Numbered from the stretch's first letter, positions 48,881 to 58,815 are shown. The stretch: DNA of 64,000 nt from an uncultured Tropicimonas sp. (GCA_947495685.1 CANLZY010000018.1:3244-67243), one strand, 5' to 3'. The notes: generated from the sequence alone by a model not told the origin. Made by a program: numbers and translations.

Positions 48881-50833
48881 ATGGCCGACATTTCCCTCAC
48901 ATTTCCCGATGGCGCGAGCCGAAACTTCCCGCAGGGCGCAACGCCCGCCGAAGTTGCAACCGCCATTTCGACGTCGCTTGGCAAGAAGGCCATCTCGGCC
49001 ATGGTCAACGGCCAGCACTGGGATCTCCAGTGGCCGATCGAGGCCGATTCCCATATCGCCATCAACACGATGAAGGACGAGGCCCCGGCGCTGGAGCTGA
49101 TCCGGCACGACCTGGCCCATATCATGGCCCGCGCCGTTCAGGAGCTGTGGCCGGACGTCAAGGTCACCATCGGGCCGGTCATCAAGGGTGGCTGGTACTA
49201 TGATTTCGATCGCGAAGAACCGTTCACGATCGATGATCTAGGCCAGATCGAAACCAAGATGAAAGAGATCATCAACCGCCGGGACCCGGTGACCACCGAG
49301 GTCTGGGAGCGGGAGCGCGCGATCAAGTTCTACGAGGCCAATAACGAGCCCTACAAGGTCGAGCTGATCGAGAGCATCCCCGGAAACGAGTCGATCCGGA
49401 TGTACTGGCATGGCCATTGGCAGGATCTTTGCCGTGGCCCTCACCTGCAGCACACCGGTCAGGTGCCCGGCGACAGCTTCAAGCTGATGAAGGTGGCCGG
49501 CGCCTATTGGCGTGGCGATTCCAACCGCCCGCAACTGCAGCGGATCTATGGCGTCGCCTTCCAGAACCGCCAGCAGCTGAAGGACCACCTGCACTTCCTT
49601 GAGGAGGCAGAAAAGCGTGACCACCGCCGCCTTGGCAAGGAGATGGAGCTGTTCCACTTTCAGGAAGAAGCGCCCGGCATGGTCTTCTGGCACCCCAACG
49701 GCTGGACCATCTATCGCGAGATGGAAGACTACATGCGCCGCAAACTGGATCGCGCCGGCTACAAGGAGGTCAAGACGCCTCAGGTTGTCGATCGCAAGCT
49801 CTGGGAGGCCTCCGGCCACTGGGACAAGTACCGCGAGAACATGTTCATCACCGAGATCGATGAGGAACATGCCAACGAAAAGCGCATGAATGCTCTCAAG
49901 CCGATGAACTGCCCCTGCCACGTGCAGATCTTCAACCAGGGCATCAAGTCCTATCGCGACCTGCCCTATCGCATGGCCGAGTTTGGCTCCTGCCACCGTT
50001 ACGAGGCGCATGGCGCGCTGCATGGGCTGATGCGGGTGCGCGGGTTTACGCAGGACGACGCGCATATCTTCTGTACCGAGGACCAGATCGAGGAAGAAAC
50101 CTCGAAGTTCATCGACCTGCTCTCCGACATCTACCGCGATACCGGGTTCACGAAGTTCGATATCAAGCTTTCGACCCGGCCCGACGTTCGGGTTGGTTCG
50201 GACGAGGTCTGGGACAAGGCCGAGGCGGCGCTTGAAAAGGCGATCCTGACCGTGCGCAACGATTTCGAGATCGATCCGGGCGAAGGCGCCTTCTACGGGC
50301 CGAAGCTCGACTTCAAGTTGACGGATGCCATCGGCCGGGAATGGCAATGCGGCACCTTCCAGGCCGACTTCAACCTGCCGGAACGGTTGGACGCCAACTA
50401 TATCGGTCAGGACGGTGAGAAACACCGCCCCGTCATGCTGCACCGGGCGATCCTGGGGAGCTTCGAGCGGTTCATCGGCATCCTGATCGAGAACTACGCC
50501 GGACGCATGCCGATGTGGCTGGCCCCCCGACAGGTGGTGGTGGCGTCGATCGTGTCGGATGCGGATGAATTTGTCATGGAAGCCGTCCAGCAGCTACAGG
50601 CCGCTGGCCTGCGGGCCGAGGCAGACATCCGCAACGAAAAGATCAACTACAAGGTCCGCGAGCATTCCGTGGGCAAGGTCCCGGTGATCCTCGCCATTGG
50701 TCAACGCGAAGTCGACGAACGCACCGTGACCGTCCGCCGTCTGGGCGAGAAACGCACCGAAGTCCTGCCGCTGGACGAGGTGGTGGCACGGCTTGCCAAG
50801 GAGGCGCTGCCGCCCGATCTGGCCGAGGGCTGA
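48881..50833 (+). CDS. thrS: Threonine--tRNA ligase
   Basis: TGS domain N-terminus ([13 protein letters not shown]), class II motifs (FRHE-like [15 protein letters not shown]) and an anticodon-binding C-terminus. GAGGAG RBS. Confidence 0.97.
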   Translation: MADISLTFPDGASRNFPQGATPAEVATAISTSLGKKAISAMVNGQHWDLQWPIEADSHIAINTMKDEAPALELIRHDLAHIMARAVQELWPDVKVTIGPVIKGGWYYDFDREEPFTIDDLGQIETKMKEIINRRDPVTTEVWERERAIKFYEANNEPYKVELIESIPGNESIRMYWHGHWQDLCRGPHLQHTGQVPGDSFKLMKVAGAYWRGDSNRPQLQRIYGVAFQNRQQLKDHLHFLEEAEKRDHRRLGKEMELFHFQEEAPGMVFWHPNGWTIYREMEDYMRRKLDRAGYKEVKTPQVVDRKLWEASGHWDKYRENMFITEIDEEHANEKRMNALKPMNCPCHVQIFNQGIKSYRDLPYRMAEFGSCHRYEAHGALHGLMRVRGFTQDDAHIFCTEDQIEEETSKFIDLLSDIYRDTGFTKFDIKLSTRPDVRVGSDEVWDKAEAALEKAILTVRNDFEIDPGEGAFYGPKLDFKLTDAIGREWQCGTFQADFNLPERLDANYIGQDGEKHRPVMLHRAILGSFERFIGILIENYAGRMPMWLAPRQVVVASIVSDADEFVMEAVQQLQAAGLRAEADIRNEKINYKVREHSVGKVPVILAIGQREVDERTVTVRRLGEKRTEVLPLDEVVARLAKEALPPDLAEG

Positions 50834-50966
50834 TCCCCGATCAGCCATTCGAAGGATTAACCAATCAAACTGAATTGCGGCCTCCGATGGCCGCAATTCG
50901 CGCCAAATCAACTCTTTTGCAAGGGATCGGCGCGCACAAAGCCTGTGAACACTGTTCGAGGCGAAA

Positions 50967-51989
50967 ATGGCTGACTATTGGGTCAAGGCTTACACCGTAT
51001 CCGACTTTTTCGGCGCAGCCGGCGCGGAATCCGTTGCAAATGCAGTGGCAGGGGACGAATTCGTCGGAGGCCAGACTTATCTTTCCCCCGATGCAGTACC
51101 AATCCGCTTCCAAATCTCCGATGACGACGACAGTCTGAAGGACACATGGAACGAGACTGATGCCCCGGCTAGTCTCACCGACGATCTGACGATCGATGGC
51201 GTTACCTATCCGGGCGGGACGTCAAATATCGAATGCGAGTTTTCGGTCACGACCGACAGTTCCCCGCCAGTTACACTCTATATCGGGCGTATCGGGACTG
51301 GCGAGGCCAATTCCGGCACCAACCTGCTGGTCTTTGTCAGTGGGGAGATCGAGCCCGGAACCACGTTCACTCTCGTCAGTACCGCCGATCATGTGTCCAT
51401 GCCGTACGACACAGTTTGCTTTGCCGCCGGGACGATGATCGACACGATCCATGGCCCCACGCCGGTTGAACATCTGTGCCCCGGCGACAAGGTGTTGACC
51501 CGCGATTCCGGAGCCCAGCGCATCATTTGGGTCGGACAACAACGGTTGAGCGCAAGAGACCTTGCGCGGGCGCCACATCTCGCGCCGATCCGTATCCGTG
51601 CCGGAGCGCTCGGCGGCGGCATGCCCTGCACCGATCTTGTGGTTTCGCCGCAGCACCGGGTGCTGATCGACGACTGGAGGGCAGAACATTATTTCGGCGA
51701 GACATCGATTCTTGCCCCGGCAAAGGCGCTTTGCAACGATCAGAATGTAACAATCGATCTCGCGACGCACGACGTTACCTACTGCCACATTCTTCTTGAG
51801 CACCATGAACTGATCCGAGCAAACGGCCAATGGGCTGAAACGCTGATGCTCGGCCCGCAAGCGATCAAAACTTTGGGCAAGGACCAAGTGGCTGAAATAG
51901 AATGTATTTTCCCAGGCCTCATGTTCGACCAGTGCCTGCCTGCCAGCCCGGTTCTAAGCGCATCAGAGGCCGCCATTCTACAGTCCTAG
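50967..51989 (+). CDS. Hint (Hedgehog/intein-like, Hint_2) domain protein
   Basis: The C-terminal module starts at [40 protein letters not shown], followed by [10 protein letters not shown] and [20 protein letters not shown]. The N-terminal ~150 aa are unassigned. Confidence 0.8.
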   Translation: MADYWVKAYTVSDFFGAAGAESVANAVAGDEFVGGQTYLSPDAVPIRFQISDDDDSLKDTWNETDAPASLTDDLTIDGVTYPGGTSNIECEFSVTTDSSPPVTLYIGRIGTGEANSGTNLLVFVSGEIEPGTTFTLVSTADHVSMPYDTVCFAAGTMIDTIHGPTPVEHLCPGDKVLTRDSGAQRIIWVGQQRLSARDLARAPHLAPIRIRAGALGGGMPCTDLVVSPQHRVLIDDWRAEHYFGETSILAPAKALCNDQNVTIDLATHDVTYCHILLEHHELIRANGQWAETLMLGPQAIKTLGKDQVAEIECIFPGLMFDQCLPASPVLSASEAAILQS

Positions 51990-52158
51990 ACACCCGACCG
52001 GTGCCATCAACGCATGGCTCGTTTGTTTCACGGACATGACGGCCGCGTGTCCTAACGGCCCTGTGAATAGCAGTTTATCGCCTCCCCTGCCTACTTTCCT
52101 CTCATGCCCCGCACCAAGCGGATGCAGAACGAACATGAGAACAGGAATAGGTAGATCC

Positions 52159-52449
52159 ATGTCCCACCATATCAAAACTCTCGCCCTGGTTGGCGCCGTA
52201 GCTGCCGCTGTTTCGGGCATCGCAACCACCGCGTCCGCTGCAGACGGCAAGGAAAAGTGCTTCGGCGTCTCGATGGCCGGCAAGAACGACTGCGCCGCCG
52301 GTCCTGGAACCACCTGCGCTGGCACCTCGAAAGTCGACTATCAGGGCAACGCCTGGACGCTGGTCGATGCGGGAACCTGCGAGACAATGGAACTGCCCGA
52401 CGGCCGGATGGGGTCGCTGGAAGCACTCGACCGCGACCTGCCCGCATAA
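52159..52449 (+). CDS. bufA: DUF2282-family bufferin-type RiPP precursor, copy 1
   Basis: 96 aa. Sec-type signal peptide [27 protein letters not shown]. Core [44 protein letters not shown] has four Cys (C-x10-C-x7-C-x20-C). It lies directly upstream of DUF692 and DUF2063 genes. Confidence 0.8.
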   Translation: MSHHIKTLALVGAVAAAVSGIATTASAADGKEKCFGVSMAGKNDCAAGPGTTCAGTSKVDYQGNAWTLVDAGTCETMELPDGRMGSLEALDRDLPA

Positions 52450-52501
52450 TCCAGACCAAGCTTTCATCTAGAATTCATACTTCAAAACAGGAAACAGATC
52501 C

Positions 52502-52792
52502 ATGTCCAAGAACCTCAAAGCCCTCGCCCTGATCGGTGCCGTCGCTGCTGCCGTGACCGCCACTGCCACCACTCAGGCCGTCGCCGCCGACAAGGAAAAG
52601 TGCTTCGGCGTCTCGATGGCCGGCAAGAACGACTGCGCCGCCGGCCCCGGCACCACCTGTGCCGGCACCTCCAAGGTCGACTACCAGGGCAACGCCTGGA
52701 CGCTGGTCGACGCCGGTACCTGTGAAAAGATGGAACTGCCGGACGGCCGCATGGGGTCGCTGGAAGCACTCGATCGCGACCTGCCCGCGTAA
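52502..52792 (+). CDS. bufA: DUF2282-family bufferin-type RiPP precursor, copy 2
   Basis: 96 aa. Signal peptide [28 protein letters not shown]. The core is nearly identical to copy 1 (one indel, one T/K change). It has its own AGGAAA-type RBS. Confidence 0.8.
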   Translation: MSKNLKALALIGAVAAAVTATATTQAVAADKEKCFGVSMAGKNDCAAGPGTTCAGTSKVDYQGNAWTLVDAGTCEKMELPDGRMGSLEALDRDLPA

Positions 52793-52816
52793 GCCTTGCA
52801 GTTCTTGACCACCCCG

Positions 52817-52842
52817 TGTGCCCGGCCGCAATGCCGGGCACA
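52817..52842 (+). promoter_or_regulatory. Intercistronic stem-loop between precursor genes and the modification enzyme (possible attenuator or processing site)
   Basis: Perfect 10-bp stem TGTGCCCGGC/GCCGGGCACA with a 6-nt loop, followed by TCTTTCC. It sits 25 nt after the bufA2 stop and 26 nt before the bufB ATG. Confidence 0.5.
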
Positions 52843-52867
52843 TCTTTCCAGACCGGACGGACACACC

Positions 52868-53722
52868 ATGCTCGACGCCAACCTTCAGGACCACCTGCCC
52901 CTGGCCCCTGGGGTCGGCTACAAACCGCAGCATTTCTCGGATATCATGACCGATCCCGGTGCGGTGCGATGGCTGGAAATCCATGCCGAGAACTACATGG
53001 GCGATGGCGGACGGCCGATGGCCCAGTTGCGCCATCTGGCGGAACGGTTCCCGATGTCGGTGCATGGCGTCGGCCTGTCCATTGGTGGCGAGGGACCGCT
53101 GGACCGCGACCACCTTGCTCGGCTGTCTCACCTGGTGAAATGGTTAAACCCGGCCAGCTTTTCGGAACACCTCGCGTGGTCTACTCACGAGTCAGCCTTT
53201 CTGAACGACCTACTGCCCCTGCCCTACACCACAGCAACCCTGTCCCGGGTCGCCGATCACATTGATCAGGTACAGGACGCCATCGGGCGGCGGATGCTGC
53301 TTGAAAATCCGTCGACCTACCTCGCATTTGCTGAAAACGAGATGTCCGAAACTGATTTCCTGCGAGACATCGCGCGCCGGACCGGGTGCGGGCTGCTGCT
53401 CGACGTCAACAACGTATTTGTCTCCGCCACCAACCAGCAGACAGACCCGCGCGCCTACATCGCCGACTTTCCATTGGAGCATGTTGGCGAAGTTCACCTG
53501 GGCGGACACGACGAACAGGAAGACGAACACGGCGCGCCGCTGTTGATCGATTCCCACGGCGCCGAGGTCGTGGACCCGGTCTGGACGCTCTACAGCGAGA
53601 CCATCGTCGCGATGGGGCCCCGCCCGACGCTGATCGAATGGGACAACGACGTACCCGATTGGCCCGTGCTGGCCGCCGAAGCTGATCGCGCGGCCCGACT
53701 GCTCGCCCCGGTGCTGCAATGA
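52868..53722 (+). CDS. bufB: DUF692 / MNIO (multinuclear non-heme iron oxidative) enzyme
   Basis: [44 protein letters not shown] and [12 protein letters not shown] are characteristic of the DUF692 TIM barrel. ATG 52868 (track start 52796 is TTG). Confidence 0.85.
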   Translation: MLDANLQDHLPLAPGVGYKPQHFSDIMTDPGAVRWLEIHAENYMGDGGRPMAQLRHLAERFPMSVHGVGLSIGGEGPLDRDHLARLSHLVKWLNPASFSEHLAWSTHESAFLNDLLPLPYTTATLSRVADHIDQVQDAIGRRMLLENPSTYLAFAENEMSETDFLRDIARRTGCGLLLDVNNVFVSATNQQTDPRAYIADFPLEHVGEVHLGGHDEQEDEHGAPLLIDSHGAEVVDPVWTLYSETIVAMGPRPTLIEWDNDVPDWPVLAAEADRAARLLAPVLQ

Positions 53723-54477
53723 CCGTCACTCAGGCCGATTTTCAGGCCGCCATTCTGGACCCGGACCGGGCTGTACCGGGCGGGTTGGTGGACCCTCAGG
53801 GCCGAATTGCCGGCAAGCGGTTCGACGTGTACCGCAACAACGTGGTGGTCAGCCTCTCCAACGCGCTTGGCGAGGCCTTCCCGGTGATCAAGAAGCTTCT
53901 GGGCGACAACAATTTCAACATTCTGGCCGGGCAATTCGTCCGCCAGCATCCGCCGTCGTCACCGGTCATCGCACTCTATGGCGATGAAATGCCCGGGTTT
54001 CTGGAAACCTTCGAACCGGTGCAGTCTCTTGGCTACCTGCCAGATGTTGCGCGGTTGGAACTGGCATTGCGTCAAGCCTATCACGCCGCCGACGCGACCG
54101 CCTTTGACGCGACCATCCTGCAGGACCTGCCCCCGGATCGCCTGTTGTCCGCGCGTTTCACGCTGGCGCCGGCTTTCAGGATGATCGTATCGGACTGGCC
54201 GATCGTTTCCATCTGGCGCTTCAACTCCGAAGATGGCCCAAAGCCATCGATGCGCGCCGAAACCGCGTTGATCACCCGGCCGGACCTGGATCCGACGGTG
54301 GCTGACCTGTCGCCCGCCGGTGGCGCCATGGTTGCCGCCCTGGCGAACCGCGACACCTTCGGCGACGCGATGGAGGCCGCAACGGCGCAGGATCCGGACT
54401 TCGACCTGACCGAAACCCTGAGCGCCCTGATCGCAGGCGGCGCCATCATTGCCATCACCGAGGAGCCCCTGAAATGA
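53719..54477 (+). CDS. bufC: DUF2063-family partner protein of the MNIO enzyme
   Basis: ATG overlaps the bufB stop (ATGA). [45 protein letters not shown] is the DUF2063 N-terminal signature. Confidence 0.8.
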   Translation: MTVTQADFQAAILDPDRAVPGGLVDPQGRIAGKRFDVYRNNVVVSLSNALGEAFPVIKKLLGDNNFNILAGQFVRQHPPSSPVIALYGDEMPGFLETFEPVQSLGYLPDVARLELALRQAYHAADATAFDATILQDLPPDRLLSARFTLAPAFRMIVSDWPIVSIWRFNSEDGPKPSMRAETALITRPDLDPTVADLSPAGGAMVAALANRDTFGDAMEAATAQDPDFDLTETLSALIAGGAIIAITEEPLK

Positions 54478-55034
54478 CCGCAATCCTCTCTCTGCATGAC
54501 CGGGTTTTTGACCGGATCGATGCGGCTCTGTCCTCCTGGGCTCTGCCAACGCTGGCGCGTTTTTCTTTTGCCGCCGTGCTGCTGATGTATTTCTGGGGGT
54601 CTGCCAGCACCAAGTTGGGGGACGGGATCTTTGGTATCTTCGTGCCGTCCACCGGTGCCTATGCACAGATTTTTCCGTTGAAGGCCGAGGCCGTTCTGTA
54701 CGATAGCAGCCAGTTCTCGATCTTTGAAAAGCTGGTGATCCTGGCCGGCACCTGGGCCGAATTCATCCTGCCATTGCTGATCGTAATTGGCCTGCTCACC
54801 CGTCTGGCCGCCATTGGCATGATGGGCTTCGTCGTCGTACAGAGCCTGACCGACATCCACGGGCATCATGCGGACGCCGCCACCATCGGCGCCTGGTTCG
54901 ACCGGGCCTCCGACAGCCTGATCATGGATCAACGTACCTTCTGGATGTTCGTCCTGATCACCCTCGTACTACGCGGCGCGGGTCCGTTGTCTGTCGATCG
55001 GTTGATCGGCATCGGGCGGCCGGTCGAGGCCTGA
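54474..55034 (+). CDS. DoxX-family membrane protein (fourth gene of the bufferin-type operon)
   Basis: ATG overlaps the upstream stop. Four hydrophobic helices. LARFSFAAVLLMYFWGSASTKL...AEFILPLLIVIGLLTRLAAIGMMGF is DoxX-like. Confidence 0.75.
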   Translation: MTAILSLHDRVFDRIDAALSSWALPTLARFSFAAVLLMYFWGSASTKLGDGIFGIFVPSTGAYAQIFPLKAEAVLYDSSQFSIFEKLVILAGTWAEFILPLLIVIGLLTRLAAIGMMGFVVVQSLTDIHGHHADAATIGAWFDRASDSLIMDQRTFWMFVLITLVLRGAGPLSVDRLIGIGRPVEA

Positions 55035-55197
55035 CCGAAGCAAAGACACTTGTTTTATTTTCGGGTTTTGGCAGGCTGATCGGGTAACGACGCCTGTCGC
55101 GACTCGTTCGGCCCCGGCCTCGAGGATCACGGGCTCCGTCACCATGCCGCCGCAATCTCGCGGGCGGAACAAGACAAGGACGAAGGAGACGCGGGAG

Positions 55198-55404
55198 ATG
55201 CCGACTGGCACCGTGAAATGGTTCAACACCACGAAAGGCTTCGGGTTCATTGCACCCGACGATGGCGGGAAAGACGTGTTCGTTCACATCAGCGCGGTTG
55301 AGCGCGCCGGAATGACCGGATTGGCCGACAACATGAAAATCGAATATGACCTGCGCGAAGGCCGTGACGGTCGGTCTTCAGCGACAGAGCTCAAGGCATT
55401 GTAG
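55198..55404 (+). CDS. Cold-shock protein (CspA family)
   Basis: MPTGTVKWFNTTKGFGFIAPDDGGKDVFVHISAV carries the RNP1/RNP2 motifs. 68 aa. The ~160-nt upstream untranslated region is typical of csp genes. Confidence 0.95.
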   Translation: MPTGTVKWFNTTKGFGFIAPDDGGKDVFVHISAVERAGMTGLADNMKIEYDLREGRDGRSSATELKAL

Positions 55405-55429
55405 ACCTGACGTTATTGAAAGAATGGCG

Positions 55430-55451
55430 CCGCCCGGTCTTCCGGGCGGTT
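55430..55451 (+). terminator. Probable terminator after csp
   Basis: CCGCCCGG-tctt-CCGGGCGG (8 bp) followed by TTGAACGATTT (weak U-tract). Confidence 0.55.
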
Positions 55452-55839
55452 GAACGATTTCAGCCCACCGCAATCTCCGTTGGAACGGTGCGGCGTCGGA
55501 TTGTCGGTTGTTCTGCCTTTCGCGCAATCCGGGACTGATCATGAATAATTACAGGAGGTCAGGGCGGTCAGGGCAGCAATTGCAAATGGGTCAACCCATG
55601 TAGCTCAGATTTTTGCTGCGTCGCAGCGTTACCTGTGGTAACCTACTTGCTGTTAGTCCCGCGTATTCACGCGAGTGCGGAGGTGGGGCCGTCACCATAC
55701 AACTTCTCCCTTGTGTGGGTCCCCCCGGACAGACGGCTCTACCTCTTGCAGCGTGATCCTCCGGGAGTTGCCGCTTCGCCAAGGCGTATGTGGCACGAGG
55801 CGCGTCCTCTTGAACGACGATGGGTCAAGAAGGCCTGTA

Positions 55840-56169
55840 TCACTCCCCCAGCCACATGGCCCTTGCTGTGGGATCCCAGCCGATCGTCCGTCGTTCTCCG
55901 TCTTCGCAGACCGGACGCTTCATCAGCGAGGGATGGCTGGCCAACAGGTCGAGAGGCTCGGCAGCACGGGTCGCCTCGTCCAGGCCGCGCCATGTCGTCG
56001 AGCGTCGGTTGACAAGATCCTCCCCAAATGCATCCAGCAGCAAGCGCCACTCCGGCGTCGACAACGGTTCCTTGCGGATATCGCGGAACTGAACGATGTG
56101 GCCGGCGGCCTCCAGGGACTTTCGCGCCTTGCGGCACGTGTCGCAGGTGGGAATACCGTACAAGATCAT
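55840..56169 (-). CDS. ArsC/Spx-family protein (YffB-like)
   Basis: MILYGIPTCDTCRKARKSLEAAGHIVQFRDIRKEPL...NRRSTTWRGL...SLMKRPV. Start at the internal ATG 56169. Confidence 0.85.
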   Translation of the reverse strand: MILYGIPTCDTCRKARKSLEAAGHIVQFRDIRKEPLSTPEWRLLLDAFGEDLVNRRSTTWRGLDEATRAAEPLDLLASHPSLMKRPVCEDGERRTIGWDPTARAMWLGE

Positions 56170-56236
56170 GGCAATGGCTCCGGTGTTTCGGCGTGGCTCA
56201 TCGCGGCATCGCATGGACACCACGCGCGCGCAAGTT

Positions 56237-56641
56237 TTAGGCCAGCGCTCGCGCAACCAGCACGCCACCCCAAGCCGAAACGCCCGTCAGAACCGCGCCC
56301 CATGTCATGTCGATGGCCACCATGGACGGATGCCAATCCCGCATCACGGTATAGGAGGTCAACTCGTAGGTGCCATATGCCAGCAACCCAAGAACGGCCC
56401 CGTTGAGCAGTGCGGCCGACGGCGCGTCCTCCCTGAGGGCAGGCACGCTCACGAACCACATCACCCCGCCCATGTAGAGCAGGTAGAACAGGATGGCGGG
56501 CGCAATCCTCAGGTCATCCAACAACCCTTGCCCCAGATGACGGTCGAACAGCGGGCGCAGGACCGCAGTCAGCATGACGGCATCCATCACGAGAAAGATA
56601 AGGCTGGTAGCGACGAACAAGGTCAGGAAAATCATAAGCAC
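56237..56641 (-). CDS. DUF2177-family membrane protein
   Basis: 134 aa, 4 helices. LVMDAVMLTAVLRPLF...FYLLYMGG...LLAYGTYELTSYTVMRDW...DMTWG resembles DUF2177. Confidence 0.7.
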   Translation of the reverse strand: MLMIFLTLFVATSLIFLVMDAVMLTAVLRPLFDRHLGQGLLDDLRIAPAILFYLLYMGGVMWFVSVPALREDAPSAALLNGAVLGLLAYGTYELTSYTVMRDWHPSMVAIDMTWGAVLTGVSAWGGVLVARALA

Positions 56642-56688
56642 CTCCGGTTCTGCGGCAAGCTAGCGTTGCCATCCCAAGAGGCAAGGTA

Positions 56689-57021
56689 TCAGGTGCCGCG
56701 CATGCAGTCGGCACACCGGGCAAGCGCCGGATCGGTTTCCAGCCGAGCCGGAGCGATGGCGTCACCACAATCGGTGCAATAGCCGTATTCACCCTCCACC
56801 AATCGCCGCAATGCCGCCTGTATCCGAAGGCGCTCGCCGGCGCGGCGGCGGGCCTGTGCCTGGGCCATTGCCTGATGCTGCATGGCATCCATCCGCGACA
56901 GGCGCCCTGTTGCAGTCTGATCCAACGCCACCACCTGGCGCGCATCCGCACTTGCGGCGTCCTCGTCGTCAAGCGCGGCAAGACGGCTCAGCAAGCGCTG
57001 TCGGGTTTCATCCTCGGTCAT
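56689..57021 (-). CDS. TraR/DksA-family C4 zinc-finger protein
   Basis: The C-terminal YGYCTDCGDAIAPARLETDPALARCADC zinc finger is preceded by a coiled-coil-like region. Start at the internal ATG (MTEDETRQ). Confidence 0.8.
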   Translation of the reverse strand: MTEDETRQRLLSRLAALDDEDAASADARQVVALDQTATGRLSRMDAMQHQAMAQAQARRRAGERLRIQAALRRLVEGEYGYCTDCGDAIAPARLETDPALARCADCMRGT

Positions 57022-57303
57022 CGGTCGAGCGTCGCAGGTCGTCCGGCGCGGCGCAAGAGCGGCGGCAAGGGGTGTTGCGCGTGCGGCGTTCGCGCGCCCG
57101 ATCCGGGGCGTTGAAACGCAACAGCTGCGTGATCCGTGCCAGGCTGTGACGGCAGCGAGGCGCGGAACATTGCAGCTGGCTCCTGACCGTCCCGCGCCTC
57201 GTTTGCCATCCTTGGCCCGCTTGGCCCTGTTCAACCGAAAGCGTTGCCGGATCGCGAAAACCCGCGACCCGGCAAAAGCGTGCCATCGCCCGAACCGCCC
57301 CGG

Positions 57304-58308
57304 TCAGTCGCGGAAATACTCCTCGATCCGGGTCACTTCGTTCTTTGACCCCAGGATGACCGACACCCGCTGGTGGCTGGAGGTCGGGACAACGTCGAGG
57401 ATGCGGCCCCGGCCGGTCGACGCGAGCCCACCGGCCTGCTCCATCAGGTAGCCCATCGGATTGGCCTCGTAGAGCAGGCGCAGCTTGCCGCCCGCGGCGC
57501 TGTTTGCCGAGTCCACCGGATAAAGGAAGACGCCCCCCCGGGTCAGGATGCGGTGAATGTCGAGCACCATCGACGCGGTCCAGCGCATGTTGAACGACTT
57601 GCCGCGGGGCCCCTCCGGGCCGGACACGCATTCGTCAAAATACCGCTGGATCGGCTGATCCCAGAACGAGTGGCGCGAGGCGTTGATTGCAAATTCGTTG
57701 GTATCTTCCGGGATGATCATGTCCGGAGACACGAGGCGGAACTCGCCGGTTCCAAGGTGGTTGGTAAAGCCGTGCACGCCAAAGCCGGTGGTGATGACCA
57801 GCGACGTTGCCGGGCCATAGATCGAGTAGCCGGCACAGATCTGCTCGGTTCCCGGCAACAGGACCGACCGGTCGTCGGACGGATCAATCGCCTCTTTCAA
57901 CTGCACGATGGAGAAGATCGAGCCGACCGACAGGTTGACGTCGAGGTTGGACGAGCCGTCCAGCGGGTCGAAATAGACGATGTAATCGCCAACGGCGGGC
58001 TTGTCCTTGATCCAGGTGACCTCGTCCACCTCTTCGGAAACCAGCGCTGCAACCCGGCTACAGTTCCGGCAATGGCTTTCGAATTCCTCGTTGGCGATGA
58101 CATCCAGCTGTTTCTGGGTCTCGCCCTGAACGTTGGTCGATCCGGCGCTGCCGAGGTTGCCGGCAAAGGAGCCATTGCGGATCCGGCTGGAGATCACCCG
58201 GCAGGCGGTGGCGATGTCTTCGAGCAGGAACACAAGATCCTTTTCGGTCCCGTGGGTCCTGTATTCCTTGAGCAGGAATTGCCGAAGTGTGGGGCGCGAA
58301 TGGGGCAT
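57304..58308 (-). CDS. fbp: Fructose-1,6-bisphosphatase, class 1
   Basis: GSTNVQGETQKQLDVIANE, SEEVDEV, FDPLDGSSNLDVNLSVGSIFSI and GGVFLYP. Start at the internal ATG (MPHSRPTL). Confidence 0.95.
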   Translation of the reverse strand: MPHSRPTLRQFLLKEYRTHGTEKDLVFLLEDIATACRVISSRIRNGSFAGNLGSAGSTNVQGETQKQLDVIANEEFESHCRNCSRVAALVSEEVDEVTWIKDKPAVGDYIVYFDPLDGSSNLDVNLSVGSIFSIVQLKEAIDPSDDRSVLLPGTEQICAGYSIYGPATSLVITTGFGVHGFTNHLGTGEFRLVSPDMIIPEDTNEFAINASRHSFWDQPIQRYFDECVSGPEGPRGKSFNMRWTASMVLDIHRILTRGGVFLYPVDSANSAAGGKLRLLYEANPMGYLMEQAGGLASTGRGRILDVVPTSSHQRVSVILGSKNEVTRIEEYFRD

Positions 58309-58815
58309 CTGGCTTCCTTTCGGGGAAGGTTTGGGCGGTGGGGGGCGCGGGTGCCCGCTTGGCACGGCACCCGGGTCCGATTGACGCGACAACGCGCCTA
58401 CGGTCCCCTTCCGGTTGATCCTGCGACAGGCGCCGCTTGCCCTGTTCTAATACCCTGACGGCGACAACAACAGGGCTATCCCCCCGATAAGCCGGAACAT
58501 CCTTCGCTCTGGTTCGGCTCAAGGGCATTCGAACGGAGGAACACGCCAGACACCACCGACGGGTATGCGCGCCCAACTCGCCCTTGGGCACCGTGCCGAT
58601 CAAGGGTCACGCCCGGGCGACCAGCCCGGGCCGCGCCCGACCCTCCCCCCGGGAGGGCGCTTTGGCGAGGTCTTTTGTTATTGAGACGTCGTTCGGGGCT
58701 TTGTGATAAACCGCGTTGAACTGGCGTTGCGAAGCGCCCACCCAGGGTCCAGCGCGGTCCTCTCCACCTTGCCTCGACGTTGAGTTATCGAGCGGAGGTC
58801 TGCACACTCTCTCAT

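Noticed and set aside
49238-50443. 401-aa minus-strand ORF
   Set aside because: It is antisense to thrS.
50828-50846. Hairpin GGCTGATC-ccc-GATCAGCC overlapping the thrS stop codon
   Set aside because: The loop is only 3 nt and there is no U-tract, which is too weak to call a terminator.
55590-55700. tRNA-like string GTAGCTCAGAT
   Set aside because: It looks like a tRNA D-loop, but no acceptor stem, anticodon arm or GTTCGAATC-type T-loop can be drawn around it.
57373-58458. 361-aa plus-strand ORF
   Set aside because: It is antisense to fbp.
58309-58815. About 500-nt gap upstream of fbp with GC-rich hairpins (GCCCTGTT..AACAGGGC, CCGGGC..GCCCGG, CCCTCC..GGAGGG); considered as a riboswitch or known sRNA
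   Set aside because: I could not match any conserved riboswitch core (TPP, B12, SAM-II, glycine, FMN) or the SRP, RNase P or 6S signatures by eye. It probably holds promoter/5' UTR and terminator elements. An Rfam scan would be needed.
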